From: Eledone cirrhosa
Lineage: Eukaryota
DNA: 64,000 bases
Direction: 5' to 3'
NCBI GenBank assembly: GCA_964016885.1
Contig: OZ024740.1
Location: 33,356,001 to 33,420,000 of the forward strand
Shown: positions 30,001-43,000 of the stretch, piece after piece
Layout: each line of letters begins with the position of its first letter
Numbering within the stretch: position 1 is the stretch's first letter
The notes under the pieces: generated by a model
Told to the model about the DNA's origin: nothing
What the model saw: only the letters and a program-made list of their open reading frames with translations
Databases searched by the model: none
Program-made: the position numbers and the translations under genes

Positions 30001-33000
30001 TAAAAAGTGTTCCTCTATATATTCTAGATAGAAAGTGTTCATTTATATATTCTAGATAGAAAGTGTTCATCTATATATTCCAGATAGAAAGTGTTCATCT
30101 ATATATTCTAGATAGAAAGTGTTCATCTATATATTCTAGATAGAAAGTGTTCATCTCTATATTCTAGATAGACATGGTTCATCTATATATTCTAGATAGA
30201 AAGTGACCATCTATATATTCTAGATAGAAAGTGACCATCTATATATTTTAGATAGAAAGTGACCATCTTTATATTTTAGTTAAAAAGTGACCATCTATAT
30301 ATTCTAGATAGAAAGTGTTCATCTATATATTTTAGATAGAAAATGACCATCTATATATTCTAGATAGAAAGTAACCATCTATATATTTTAGATTGAAAAT
30401 GACCATCTATATATATATTCTAGATAGAAAGTGTTCATATATATATTCTAGATAGAAAGTGTTCATCTATATATTCCAGATAGAAAGTGTTCATCTATAT
30501 ATTTTAGATAGAAAGTGTTCATCTATATATTCTAGATAGAAAGTGTTCATTTATATATTATAGATAGAAAGTGACCATCTATATATTCTAGAAAGAAAAT
30601 GACAATCTATATATTTTTGATAGAAAGTGACCATCTATATATTTTAGATACAAAATGACCATCTGTATATTCTAGATAGAAAGTGACCATCTATCTATTT
30701 TAGATTGAAAATGATCATTTATATATATATTCTAGATAGAAAGTGACCCTCTATATATTCTACATAGAAAGTGTTCATCTATATATTTTAGATAGAACGT
30801 GACCATCTATATATTCGAGATAGAAAATGACCATCTATATGTTCTAGATAGAAAGTGTTCACCTATATATTCTAGATAGAAAGTGTTCATTTATATATTT
30901 TAGCTAGAAAGTGTTCATCTATATATTTTAGATAAAAAGTGCTCATCTATATATTTTAGATTGGAAAAGACCATCTATATATATATTCTAGATAGAAAGT
31001 GACCCTCTATATATTCTAGATAGAAAGTGTTCATCTATATATTCTAGATAGAAATGGTTCATCTATATATTCTAGATAGAAAGTGACCATCTATATATTC
31101 TAGATAGAAAGTGACCATCTATATATTTTAGATTGAAAATGACCATCTATCTATATATTCTATATAGAAAGTGACCCTCTATATATTCTAGATAGAAAGT
31201 GATCATCTATATATTTTAGTTAGAAAGTGACCATCTATATATTCTAGATAGAAATTAACTATCTATATATTCTATATAGAAAGTGACCCTCTATATATTC
31301 TAGATAGAAAGTGTTCATCTATATATTCTAGATAGAAAGTGATTGTCTATATATTTTAGATAGAAAGTGACCATATATATATATTTAGATAGAAAGTGAC
31401 CATCTTTATTTTTTAGTTAAAAAGTGACCATCTATATATTCTAGATAGAAAGTGTTCATCTATATATTTTAGATAGAAAATGACCATCTATATATTCTAG
31501 ATAGAAAGTAACCATCTATATATTTCAGATTGAAAATTACCATCTATATATTCTAGATAGAAAGTGTTCATCTATATATTCTAGATAGAAAGTGTTCATT
31601 TATATATTATAGATAGAAAGTGACCATCTATATATTCTAGAAAGAAAATGACCATCTATATATTTTTGATAGAAAGTGACCATCTATATATTTTAGATAC
31701 AAAATGACCATCTGTATATTCTAGATAGAAAGTGACCATCTATCTATTTTAGATTGAAAATGATCATCTATATATATATTCTATATAGAAAGTGACCCTC
31801 TATATATTCTAGATAGAAAGTGTTCATCTATATATTCTAGATAGAAATGGTTCATCTATATATTCTAGATAGAAAGTGACCATCTATATATTCTAGATAG
31901 AAAGTGACCATCTATATATTTTAGATTGAAAATGACCATCTATCTATATATTCTATATAGAAAGTGACCCTCTATATATTCTAGATAGAAAGTGATCATC
32001 TATATATTTTAGTTAGAAAGTGACCATCTATATATTCTAGATAGAAATTAACTATCTATATATTCTATATAGAAAGTGACCCTCTATATATTCTAGATAG
32101 AAAGTGTTCATCTATATATTCTAGATAAAAAGTGATTGTCTATATATTTTAGATAGAAAGTGACCATATATATATATTTAGATAGAAAGTGACCATCTTT
32201 ATTTTTTAGTTAAAAAGTGACCATCTATATATTCTAGATAGAAAGTGTTCATCTATATATTTTAGATAGAAAATGACCATCTATATATTCTAGATAGAAA
32301 GTAACCCTCTATATATTTCAGATTGAAAATTACCATCTATATATTCTAGATAGAAAGTGTTCATCTATATATTCTAGATAGAAAGTGTTCATTTATATAT
32401 TATAGATAGAAAGTGACCATCTATATATTCTAGAAAGAAAATGACCATCTATATATTTTTGATAGAAAGTGACCATCTATATATTTTAGATACAAAATGA
32501 CCATCTGTATATTCTAGATAGAAAGTGACCATCTATCTATTTTAGATTGAAAATGATCATCTATATATATATTCTATATAGAAAGTGACCCTCTATATAT
32601 TCTAGATAGAAAGTGTTCATCTATATATTCTAGATAGAAAGTGTTCATCTATATATTTTAGATAGAAAGTAACCATCTATATATTCCAGATAGAAAATGA
32701 CCATCTATATATTCTAGATAGAAAGTATTCATCTATATATTCTAGATAGAAAATGACCCTCTATATATTCTAGATAGAAAGTGACCACCTATATATTCTA
32801 GATAGAAAGTGTTCATTTATATATTCTAGATAGAAAGTGTTCATCTATATATTCCAGATAGAAAGTGTTCATCTTTATATTCTAGATAGAAAGTGTTCAT
32901 CTATATATTCTAGATAGAAAGTGACCATCTATATATTCTAGATAGAAAGTGACCATCTATATATTTTAGATTGGAAAAGACCATCTATATATATATTCTA

Positions 33001-36000
33001 GATAGTAAGTGACCCTCTATATATTCTAGATAGAAAGTGTTCATCTATATATTCTAGATAGAAAGTGTTTATCTATATATTCTAGATAGAAATGGTTCAT
33101 CTATATATTCTATTAAGAAAGTGACCCTCTATATATTCTAGATAGAAAGTGTTCATCTATATATTCTAGATAGAAAGTGATCATCTATATATTTTAGATA
33201 GAAAGTGACCATATATATATTTTAGATAGAAAGTGTTCATCTATATATTCTAGATAGAAAGTGACCATCTATATATTCTAGATAGAAATTAACTACCTAT
33301 ATATTCTATATAGAAAGTGACCCTCTATATATTCTAGATAGAAAGTGTTCATCTATATATTCTAGATAGAAAGTGATCATCTATATATTTTAGATAGAAA
33401 GTGACGATCTATATATTTTAGATAGAAAGTGTTCATCTATATATTCTAGATAGAAAGTGACCATCTATATATTCTAGATAGAAAGTGTTCATCTATATAT
33501 TCTAGATAGAAAGTGTTCATCTATATATTCTAGATAGAAAGTAAACATCTATATATTTTAGATAGAAAGTGACCATCTATATATTTTAGATAGAAAATGA
33601 CCATCTATATATTTTAGATAGAAAGTGACCATCTATATATTTTAGATAGAAAGTGACCATCTATATATATATTCTAGATAGAAAGTGACCATCTATATAT
33701 TCTAGACAGAAAGTGTTCATCTATATATTCTAGATAGAAAGTGTTCATCTATATATTCTAGATAGAAAATGACCATCTATATATATATTCTAGATAGAAA
33801 GTGACCATCTATATATTCTAGATAGAAAGTGACCATCTATATATTTTAGATAGAAAGTGACCATCTATATATTTTAGATAGAAAGTGACCATCTATATAT
33901 ATATTCTAGATAGAAAGTGTTCATATATATATTCTAGATAGAAAGTGTTCATCTATATATTCCAGATAGAAAGAGTGTTCATCTATATATTTTAGATAGA
34001 AAGTGTTCATCTATATATTCTAGATAGAAAGTGTTCATTTATATATTATAGATAGAAAGTGACCATCTATATATTCTAGAAAGAAAATGACAATCTATAT
34101 ATTTTTGATAGAAAGTGACCATCTATATATTTTAGATACAAAATGACCATCTGTATATTCTAGATAGAAAGTGACCATGTATCTATTTTAGATTGAAAAT
34201 GATCATTTATATATATATTCTAGATAGAAAGTGACCCTCTATATATTCTACATAGAAAGTGTTCATCTATATATTTTAGATAGAACGTGACCATCTATAT
34301 ATTCTAGATAGAAAGTGTTCACCTATATATTCTAGATAGAAAGTGTTCATTTATATATTTTAGCTAGAAAGTGTTCATCTATATATTTTAGATAAAAAGT
34401 GCTCATCTATATATTTTAGATTGGAAAAGACCATCTATATATATATTCTAGATAGAAAGTGACCCTCTATATATTCTAGATAGAAAGTGTTCATCTATAT
34501 ATTCTAGATAGAAATGGTTCATCTATATATTCTAGATAGAAAGTGACCATCTATATATTCTAGATAGAAAGTGACCATCTAGATATTTTAGATTGAAAAT
34601 GACCATCTATCTATATATTCTATATAGAAAGTGACCCTCTATATATTCTAGATAGAAAGTGATCATCTATATATTTTAGTTAGAAAGTGACCATCTATAT
34701 ATTCTAGATAGAAATTAACTATCTATATATTCTATATAGAAAGTGACCCTCTATATATTCTAGATAGAAAGTGTTCATCTATATATTCTAGATAGAAAGT
34801 GATTGTCTATATATTTTAGATAGAAAGTGACCATATATATATATTTAGATAGAAAGTGACCATCTTTATTTTTTAGTTAAAAAGTGACCATCTATATATT
34901 CTAGATAGAAAGTGTTCATCTATATATTTTAGATAGAAAATGACCATCTATATATTCTAGATAGAAAGTAACCATCTATATATTTCAGATTGAAAATTAC
35001 CATCTATATATTCTAGATAGAAAGTGTTCATCTATATATTCTAGATAGAAAGTGTTCATTTATATATTATAGATAGAAAGTGACCATCTATATATTCTAG
35101 AAAGAAAATGACCATCTATATATTTTTGATAGAAAGTGACCATCTATATATTTTAGATACAAAATGACCATCTGTATATTCTAGATAGAAAGTGACCATC
35201 TATCTATTTTAGATTGAAAATGATCATCTATATATATATTCTATATAGAAAGTGACCCTCTATATATTCTAGATAGAAAGTGTTCATCTATATATTCTAG
35301 ATAGAAAGTGTTCATCTATATATTTTAGATAGAAAGTAACCATCTATATATTCCAGATAGAAAATGACCATCTATATATTCTAGATAGAAAGTATTCATC
35401 TATATATTCTAGATAGAAAATGACCCTCTATATATTCTAGATAGAAAGTGACCATCTATATATTCTAGATAGAAAGTGTTCATTTATATATTCTAGATAG
35501 AAAGTGTTCATCTATATATTCCAGATAGAAAGTGTTCATCTTTATATTCTAGATAGAAAGTGTTCATCTATATATTCTAGATAGAAAGTGACCATCTATA
35601 TATTCTAGATAGAAAGTGACCATCTATATATTTTAGATTGGAAAAGACCATCTATATATATATTCTAGATAGTAAGTGACCCTCTATATATTCTAGATAG
35701 AAAGTGTTCATCTATATATTCTAGATAGAAAGTGTTTATCTATATATTCTAGATAGAAATGGTTCATCTATATATTCTATTAAGAAAGTGACCCTCTATA
35801 TATTCTAGATAGAAAGTGTTCATCTATATATTCTAGATAGAAAGTGATCATCTATATATTTTAGATAGAAAGTGACCATCTATATATTTTAGATAGAAAG
35901 TGTTCATCTATATATTCTAGATAGAAAGTGACCATCTATATATTCTAGATAGAAAGTGTTCATCTATATATTCTAGATAGAAAGTGTTCATCTATATATT

Positions 36001-36537
36001 CTAGATAGAAAGTAAACATCTATATATTTTAGATAGAAAGTGACCATCTATATATTTTAGATAGAAAATGACCATCTATATATTTTAGATAGAAAGTGAC
36101 CATCTATATATTTTAGATAGAAAGTGACCATCTATATATATATTCTAGATAGAAAGTGACCATCTATATATTCTAGACAGAAAGTGTTCATCTATATATT
36201 CTAGATAGAAAGTGTTCATCTATATATTCTAGATAGAAAGTGACCATCTATATATATATTCTAGATAGAAAGTGACCATCTATATATTCTAGATAGAAAG
36301 TGACCATCTATATATTTTAGATAGAAAGTGACCCTCTATATATTTTAGATAGAAAGTGACCATCTATATATATATTCTAGATAGAAAGTGACCATCTATA
36401 TATTCTAGATAGAAAGTGTTCATCTATATATTTTAGATAAAAAATGACCATCTATATATTTTAAATAGAAAGTGACCATCTATATATTTTAGATAGAAAG
36501 TATTCATATATATATTCTTGATAGAAAGTGTTTATCT
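1..36537. repeat. 28-bp AT-rich tandem satellite, consensus CTAGATAGAAAGTG(AC/TT)CATCTATATATT, ~1,300 copies, runs off the window start
   Basis: Period read directly: CTAGATAG at 13 and 41; AAAGTG at 3001, 3029 and 3057. Two main variants, GTGACC and GTGTTC. The array ends at ~36,537. Confidence 0.98.
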
Positions 36538-36587
36538 AATTTTTCCACAGTATTATTTGTGTATTCAATAACATTGATTCTATCATA

Positions 36588-36763
36588 TACAAGTAAAATT
36601 CCATTATAACAAATTTTTGAGTATAACAAAATTCTTTTCAATCCCTGAGGTAATAACAAACAAACCCTCGATTTGTTTCAGTCGGTTTTGTTATAAAGAA
36701 GTTTTGTTACAATGAATTATTTTTTATACCCCGTGAATTTCGTCATAACGGAATTTCACTGTA
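36588..36763. mobile_element. Short TA-flanked MITE (Tc1/mariner/pogo-Tigger type)
   Basis: Left end TACAAGTAAAATTCCATTATAACAAATT is an imperfect inverted repeat of right end AATTTCGTCATAACGGAATTTCACTGTA. Both ends carry TA, and there are internal ATAACAAA/TTTGTTA palindromic subrepeats. Confidence 0.7.
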
Positions 36764-36927
36764 TTTCAGGGTTAAACAACAACAAAACTCAACTAAATGG
36801 CCTAATTTGTATTTTAAATGTTATATTTACTTGATAAATTGCCCCCACGACCTTCCCTGGAATTGTGGGTAAAGAAGAAAAAGAAGACTTGATAAATTAA
36901 TAAAATACCTGGATATTATATCATCTT

Positions 36928-37072
36928 TTATTGAAGTCTTGCGACTGAAACTAAAGAAGAACTGCCAATTTCTAAAAAGAATGGTCCCTCTTTCTCTGGG
37001 TGAAATGTACACGGCATAAGGTTGTATATTCCACCAGAGATGTTATCGAGCTGTAATACACAATAACCAGGT
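36928..37072 (-). CDS. CAPN7: CAPN7 last coding exon (PGYCVLQLDNISGGIYNLMPCTFHPEKEGPFFLEIGSSSLVSVARLQ*)
   Basis: Acceptor ttcttcag|A; 145 nt = 1 + 48 codons; TAA stop at 36930-36928. Confidence 0.93.
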
Positions 37073-40000
37073 CTGAAGAACAGAAAAAAGTAAAATATTA
37101 TTAAAAAACGTAATACTTATTTTTGGTAGTAATTTAGATTTAATATTTTATACTGGTAATAGTTTTTCATTCACTCACATTATTAAAGTCGGTAAAGGCA
37201 ATAGACGAGCTGTAAAAATGTATACATTGTGTTATAAGAAAAATTAAGAGGTACTTCATAATACTCAGGTGTGTATTAATGATGTTTTGCTTTTAATTCT
37301 TTCTTCACCTCAGCACAAAAACAAAATTCTAGAGAATGTGTATCCAGAACTTGTATTATCTGAATAATTTGGGTGTTTCTGACAAATAACACAGAGGACA
37401 TGCAAAGGCTGAGGTAAGCATGCTTCGATGGATGAACAATGTTCATGTGTGAGAATGACAAAGCATGGATGAACTGAGAGAAACTGGGTGTAAGAGGAAA
37501 TAAATGTAGTGTACAGGAGAGGAGACTATGATGGTATGAACATGTGATGCGCATGGATGTTGAACGCAGGGTGAAGAAGTGTCTAGTAATTCCAGTGGAA
37601 GGAAGCCACAGTAGAGGAAGACTAACCAAGACCTGGTGAATGAAATCCCAAAGGAAAGGGGCTCTAAATACAGAGAAATATTTTTTAAGAAATATTTTTT
37701 AAACAAAAAAAGGGTTAATGTTGGTTTACGCAGTCTTACATGTGAAATGAAAACGGTTTAGTTGAATACAATGAAAGTGGATATAAAATAGAAAATTAAA
37801 CACAAAGAAATATTTACAGTAAAGTAATGGTGGTTTATTATTTCTAACCAATTACCGTATATACTCGAATATAGACCAAAGAATATGTGACCAAAATTTG
37901 ATGGTAAAATCAGAGGTTGGCTTATATACACCATTTAAACAATATATTGATTAGCTGCCTCAGTTCATAGGTGGGTTTGGATTTTTATTTATTTTTCAGA
38001 CATAAAATAAGGATGTTGGCTTATATTCAAGTATATACAGTAAATGTAGTTTCATAAATTACAACATACTCTCCATCCAGAACCACAAATTGTTGATTAC
38101 ATTAATATAAAACATGGATAAGTTTGGTATTTTGTATTCAGTCCAACCTGTCAATTGGTCATTTTTGTGCCATGATAAAGAGCACCCAGTCTACATTGTA
38201 ATATGGTTGGCATTAAGAAAGTCATCCAGCCATAGAAACCAAGTCAGAAACAGTTCTGTATGAGTAAGATATGGTCACTTGACCTGACTTGTTACACAAT
38301 GGGACAATTCCTCTAACCCATACAAGCATGGAAAACAGGCGCTAAACAATGATGATAATAAAATTAATACAATAGTTGGAGCCAGTTGTAAAATTGTAGT
38401 AGAATAAATAATTTGTAGGAAAAGATAATTATTTTAAAATAGTTAATTAATTTGAGTCCTAAAACAGAATGTCATTAGTATTTCAATATTGTCACATATG
38501 CACCTCCCAACATAGACTGATAATTAGCGACCTCATAGTCAGGACGAGACGTACTCGACAACAGAAGAGGACTATCTTCAGGAGAAAAATATGGAAGCTA
38601 AAGGACCCCACAACCAGTAATAAATTTAAAAGCATATTACTTGATGCTTTCGACAGTAAGGAAGAGCAATTAGAGTAATACAATATAGAGGAACAGTGAG
38701 AATTCCTGAAAGCAAACCTGCTGATGGCGGCAGATGAAGTCTGTGGCTGGAGCAGGCCTATAGGCAGGAGGAGAGTAACGTGGTGGTGGAACAGTAAGGT
38801 GGAGGAGTCAATTAAGGCCAAAAAGCAGGCTTGGAAAGTATGGCAGGATGGGGGAAGTAGAGAAGACTATCAAGTGGCCAGGAGGGAAGCTAGGAGACAA
38901 GTGTACTTCGCAAGAAGGGAAGCAGAGGAAAGAAAGTTCAAGCATGTTCTACAACGCGAGGGCCAAAAACGTGAGGTGTTCAGGATTGCTAGGCAATGTG
39001 TCAAGGAAAACCATGATATTGTCGGGGAGAAGTGTGTCTTTAATGATGATGGTGTACTTGCCATCACTGATGCTGATAAGAAGGTAGCTTGGAAGTGTCA
39101 CTACGAAAGGCTACTAAATGAGGAGAATAAATGGGAGAAAGACAGTCTCCCCCCCCATCGATCCAATAGAGGAACCAGCAGTGTTAATCGAAGGTAGTAT
39201 AATAAGTAAGGCAATCAAAGATATGAAGACGGGTAAGGCGGCTGGGCCATTGGAAATAGTTGCTGAAATACTGAAAGCTTCTGGAACGGTGGGACACACC
39301 ATGGTCACCCGGATAGTAAACCAAGTCATACAGAATGGGGTTGTTCCGAAGGACTGGCGTAGCAGCATCATCATTAACTGCTACAAGGGTAAAGGAGATG
39401 CTCTAGATAGGGGTAACTATAGAGGCATTAAATTAATCGACCAGGTCATGAAGGTTACAGAAAAAGTAATAGCGCAACTAATCAGAGAGCGAATTGATCT
39501 AGATGAAATGCAGTTCGGGTTTGTGTCATTATCTGGTGGGCTCTTAGAAAACTAGGTGTTGATGAATGGCTTGTGAGAGCTATACAAGCCATGTATAAAG
39601 AAACAGTCAGCAAGGTTATAATTAACAATGAATATAGTGAAGAGTTTAGCGTAAAAGTTGGTGTTCATCAGGGCTCCATTCTTAGCCCCCTACTATTTAT
39701 TATTGCCCTTCAGGCTATAACAGTGGAGTTCAAGACCGGCTGCCCATGGGAACTCTTATACGCAGATGATCTAATGCTCATAGCTGAATCAATGGCCGAA
39801 CTAGAGAAGAAATTCCAAACATGGAAGCATGGCCTAGAATCAAAAGGCCTTAAAATTAACCTGTCTAAGACTAAAGTTCTAGTTTGTAGGAAGGAAAATA
39901 GGATACCGGTCCCATCCGGGAAATGGCCATGCTCAGTGTGTAGGAAAGGAGTAGGTAGAAACTCCATTTTATGTCCCAAATGCAAAGTATGGGTGCATAA

Positions 40001-43000
40001 AAGATGTAGTGGGATCACAGGTAAGCTAACTAAGAACATAGATTTTATATGTGGCCGGTGCTCTTGTGCAATAAGTAGCAGCAAGTGCCCACAGAATACT
40101 AGCTCATTCCATTGCACAGATGGTTCTATAGAAATAGTGGACAGCTTCCTTTACCTGGGTGACAAAATCAGCAGTGGGGGAGGGTGCTCTGAAAGTACAG
40201 TAGCTAGAGTCAGAACTGGATGGAAAAAGTTCAGAGAGTTTGTACCACTATTAGCCGCTAAAGGGTTCTCTCTAAAAATGAAAGGCAGGCTGTATGATGC
40301 CTGCATACGAACAGCAATGTTGCATGGCAGTGAGACCTGGGCATTGTGTGCAGAGGATATACGCAGACTAGAGAGGAACGAAGCTTGCATGCTCCGCTGG
40401 ATGTGTAATAGTAATATACGTGAACGGCAAAGCATAAATGAACTAAGGGAAAAATTAGAAATAAGAGGGATCAGATGTTGTTTACTCGAGAGAAGACTAC
40501 GTTAGTATGATCACGTGATGCGCATGAAAGACGACAGCTGTTTAAAAAAGTGCAGGGCAATAAAAATAGACGGTAGCCACGGAGTAGGCAGACCCAGAAA
40601 AACCTGGGACGACTTGATAAATTCCGACCTCACACACTTACACCTCTCCAAGACAATGTCACTGGACCGAGATCTTTGGCGCTACACAGTAATACAGAAG
40701 ACCCGCCTTACCTAAGTACAAAGTGAAACCTACTACAGTCAGTAGGCACCTCTAACAAAAATACACCCTCGTCCCACTACCCCCACCCCATCCACACCAC
40801 CCCTTTCAATGTAAAGTTATGTTGGTACCACAACATCCAGTCCAAAACAAATGAGGTCGTGTAGGTGTCACAACAAAAAAAACACACAGTCCACGCTGTA
40901 ATGTGGCCGTGTAGGTAACACGGTAAAAACCTCCCAGTCCACACTGTAAACGTGGTTGGTGTTAGGAAGGGCATCCAGCCGTAGAAAACCCACCAGACAG
41001 TCCTATGCGAGCAAGACAACCACTCTTGCTCAAGTGGAAAAACTCCCGTCCAAACCCATGCAAGTGTGGAATATTGACGTTAAACGATGATGATGATGAT
41101 GATGATATCATTAAAGAGTAGTAATAGTATTTATACTTACCGAAAATCACCAGATGTTTTCCGTTGGAAGGCTCCTAAGGTATTTGGGACATTTTCACTA
41201 ACTGTTATAATCTCAAACCCCACAGCATATTGCCTGAATAATTTAAATATATTTGCATAATATCTTTGGATTGATGTGTTAGAAAAATAATGAATAAGAA
41301 TTTTAAAAGAAAATACCTGTGCATTTGGTGTAAGATGTAAAGGTTTATCAAATGTTAAGTATAATGAACAAAACAATAATAAATTGCTTGTTTGATTTCT
41401 TAAGGTATTTAAATAATTAGAAAATATACCTTAAATTTTATTTAGTATTTAGTATATGCTGAAAAACTAAATGTTCGGACATAAAATAGTTTTCCTTGCA
41501 TTAAGATTCCTATTCTAATAGCCAAACACAAACCTCAAATCAACAACAGACAAGAACAAAACACAAAGTGGATAACAAAAACAGACAGACTACCACACTT
41601 CTTTCCACTTCAACAATAGATATAAGCAGAACATGGCTTACAACACATACCATTTGATCCATTCATCATTTCCAGTGTTGAAAAAAACCCACCAGTTTCA
41701 GATTAAAAAATGCTAGCTTAAAAACAACACAAGAGATCCTACTCTAAATTAGTTTCCTCATCTCATCTTTTGATAATGGGATTTTACCCTGAAATATTAA
41801 GGGTTAATAAGCACCACCAAGGTAACATCCACACAACTTTATCATTATTTTTAACATTTTATGTCTTATTTACATTGCTGTAATTTCTACACGCCATTTC
41901 TACAACCTATCTAATTTTAATGAGAATCGACTTATTGTAAATACCTACTTCAATTTCATCAATTCTAATTTTATTTGATAAATATTGGTACTTACTTAGG
42001 TCCCATCAATTCAATCAAAATATGATTTTCAGCTGACTGATTGTCGATATTTATCTGATAAATAGGATTGTTTTTATGTGTTTGTGGATAGTTAGCACAA
42101 CCACCAGCAGAGATTCCCTTCCAGTGGCCTGTGATCTGGCAAACAAACAAAAAATACAACCTCAATGTTAACTCATGAAAAAGTCACTTTTTAACAATTG
42201 TCTTTCCACAACTTCACAAAGTTGAAATAATGGTTATCATATTTACTGTAGTAATGTGAAGCAGCATGGTGATGATAATGGTTTCTAATTTAGGCACAAG
42301 GACAACAAATTTTGAGAAGGAATGTTGATTAAATCGACCACGTAAGGATGAAAGCAAAGCTAACCTCAGCAGGATTTGAAATCAAAACGTAAAGGGACGT
42401 AACTCTATGCCACGAAGCATAGTGTCCGACGTTCTATTGATGCTGCCAATCCATGGACAAAAACCAACACAATGGGGTTTACATTGAGTAAAGGGAAAGA
42501 AGCCAGTATAACAATAACAGTAATTGTAATAAATATTCATGATAATACAAAACAATAACAAATATCAACTAGGAAGAGTTCCCCAATAAAAAGGGACTGC
42601 ATTTTAAGGTAATTCCAGGGAAAACTCCACACAAAATCCCAGATTACTCTGTTATGTCAAGGGCATTGGAAGTGGCCTCTCCTGGCATATTTCCTCCTGT
42701 TTAGAGAAGCATAGTCTGTGTCGGCCTATTCAGTCCCATTTATCTCGCCACACTCACCTATTTTTCATAAAATACACTATAAGGTAGCACCTCCCTCTCT
42801 ACTCACACATTCTTCTTCAAGTTCCACTTGAAGATGTTGATGAGTGTTTGGCCAGAGAGGAAGATACATGTTCTCAAACATTTTAAATATGCCTATCACA
42901 GGTTCTGTTACCATAGCTAGCAGGCAGAAGAAAACTTGCTATGCCTCCCTTCGAAAGAAATGTGGTGGTTCAATTTTCACTATAGATCTGGCTGATAGTT

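Noticed and set aside
1-36537. CRISPR array (28-bp, partly palindromic repeat)
   Set aside because: The units are head-to-tail with no unique spacers, there are no cas genes, and the context is eukaryotic with introns.
36827-37012. 61-aa ORF listed in the track
   Set aside because: It is an alternative frame over the true last CAPN7 exon, whose real frame ends at 36928.
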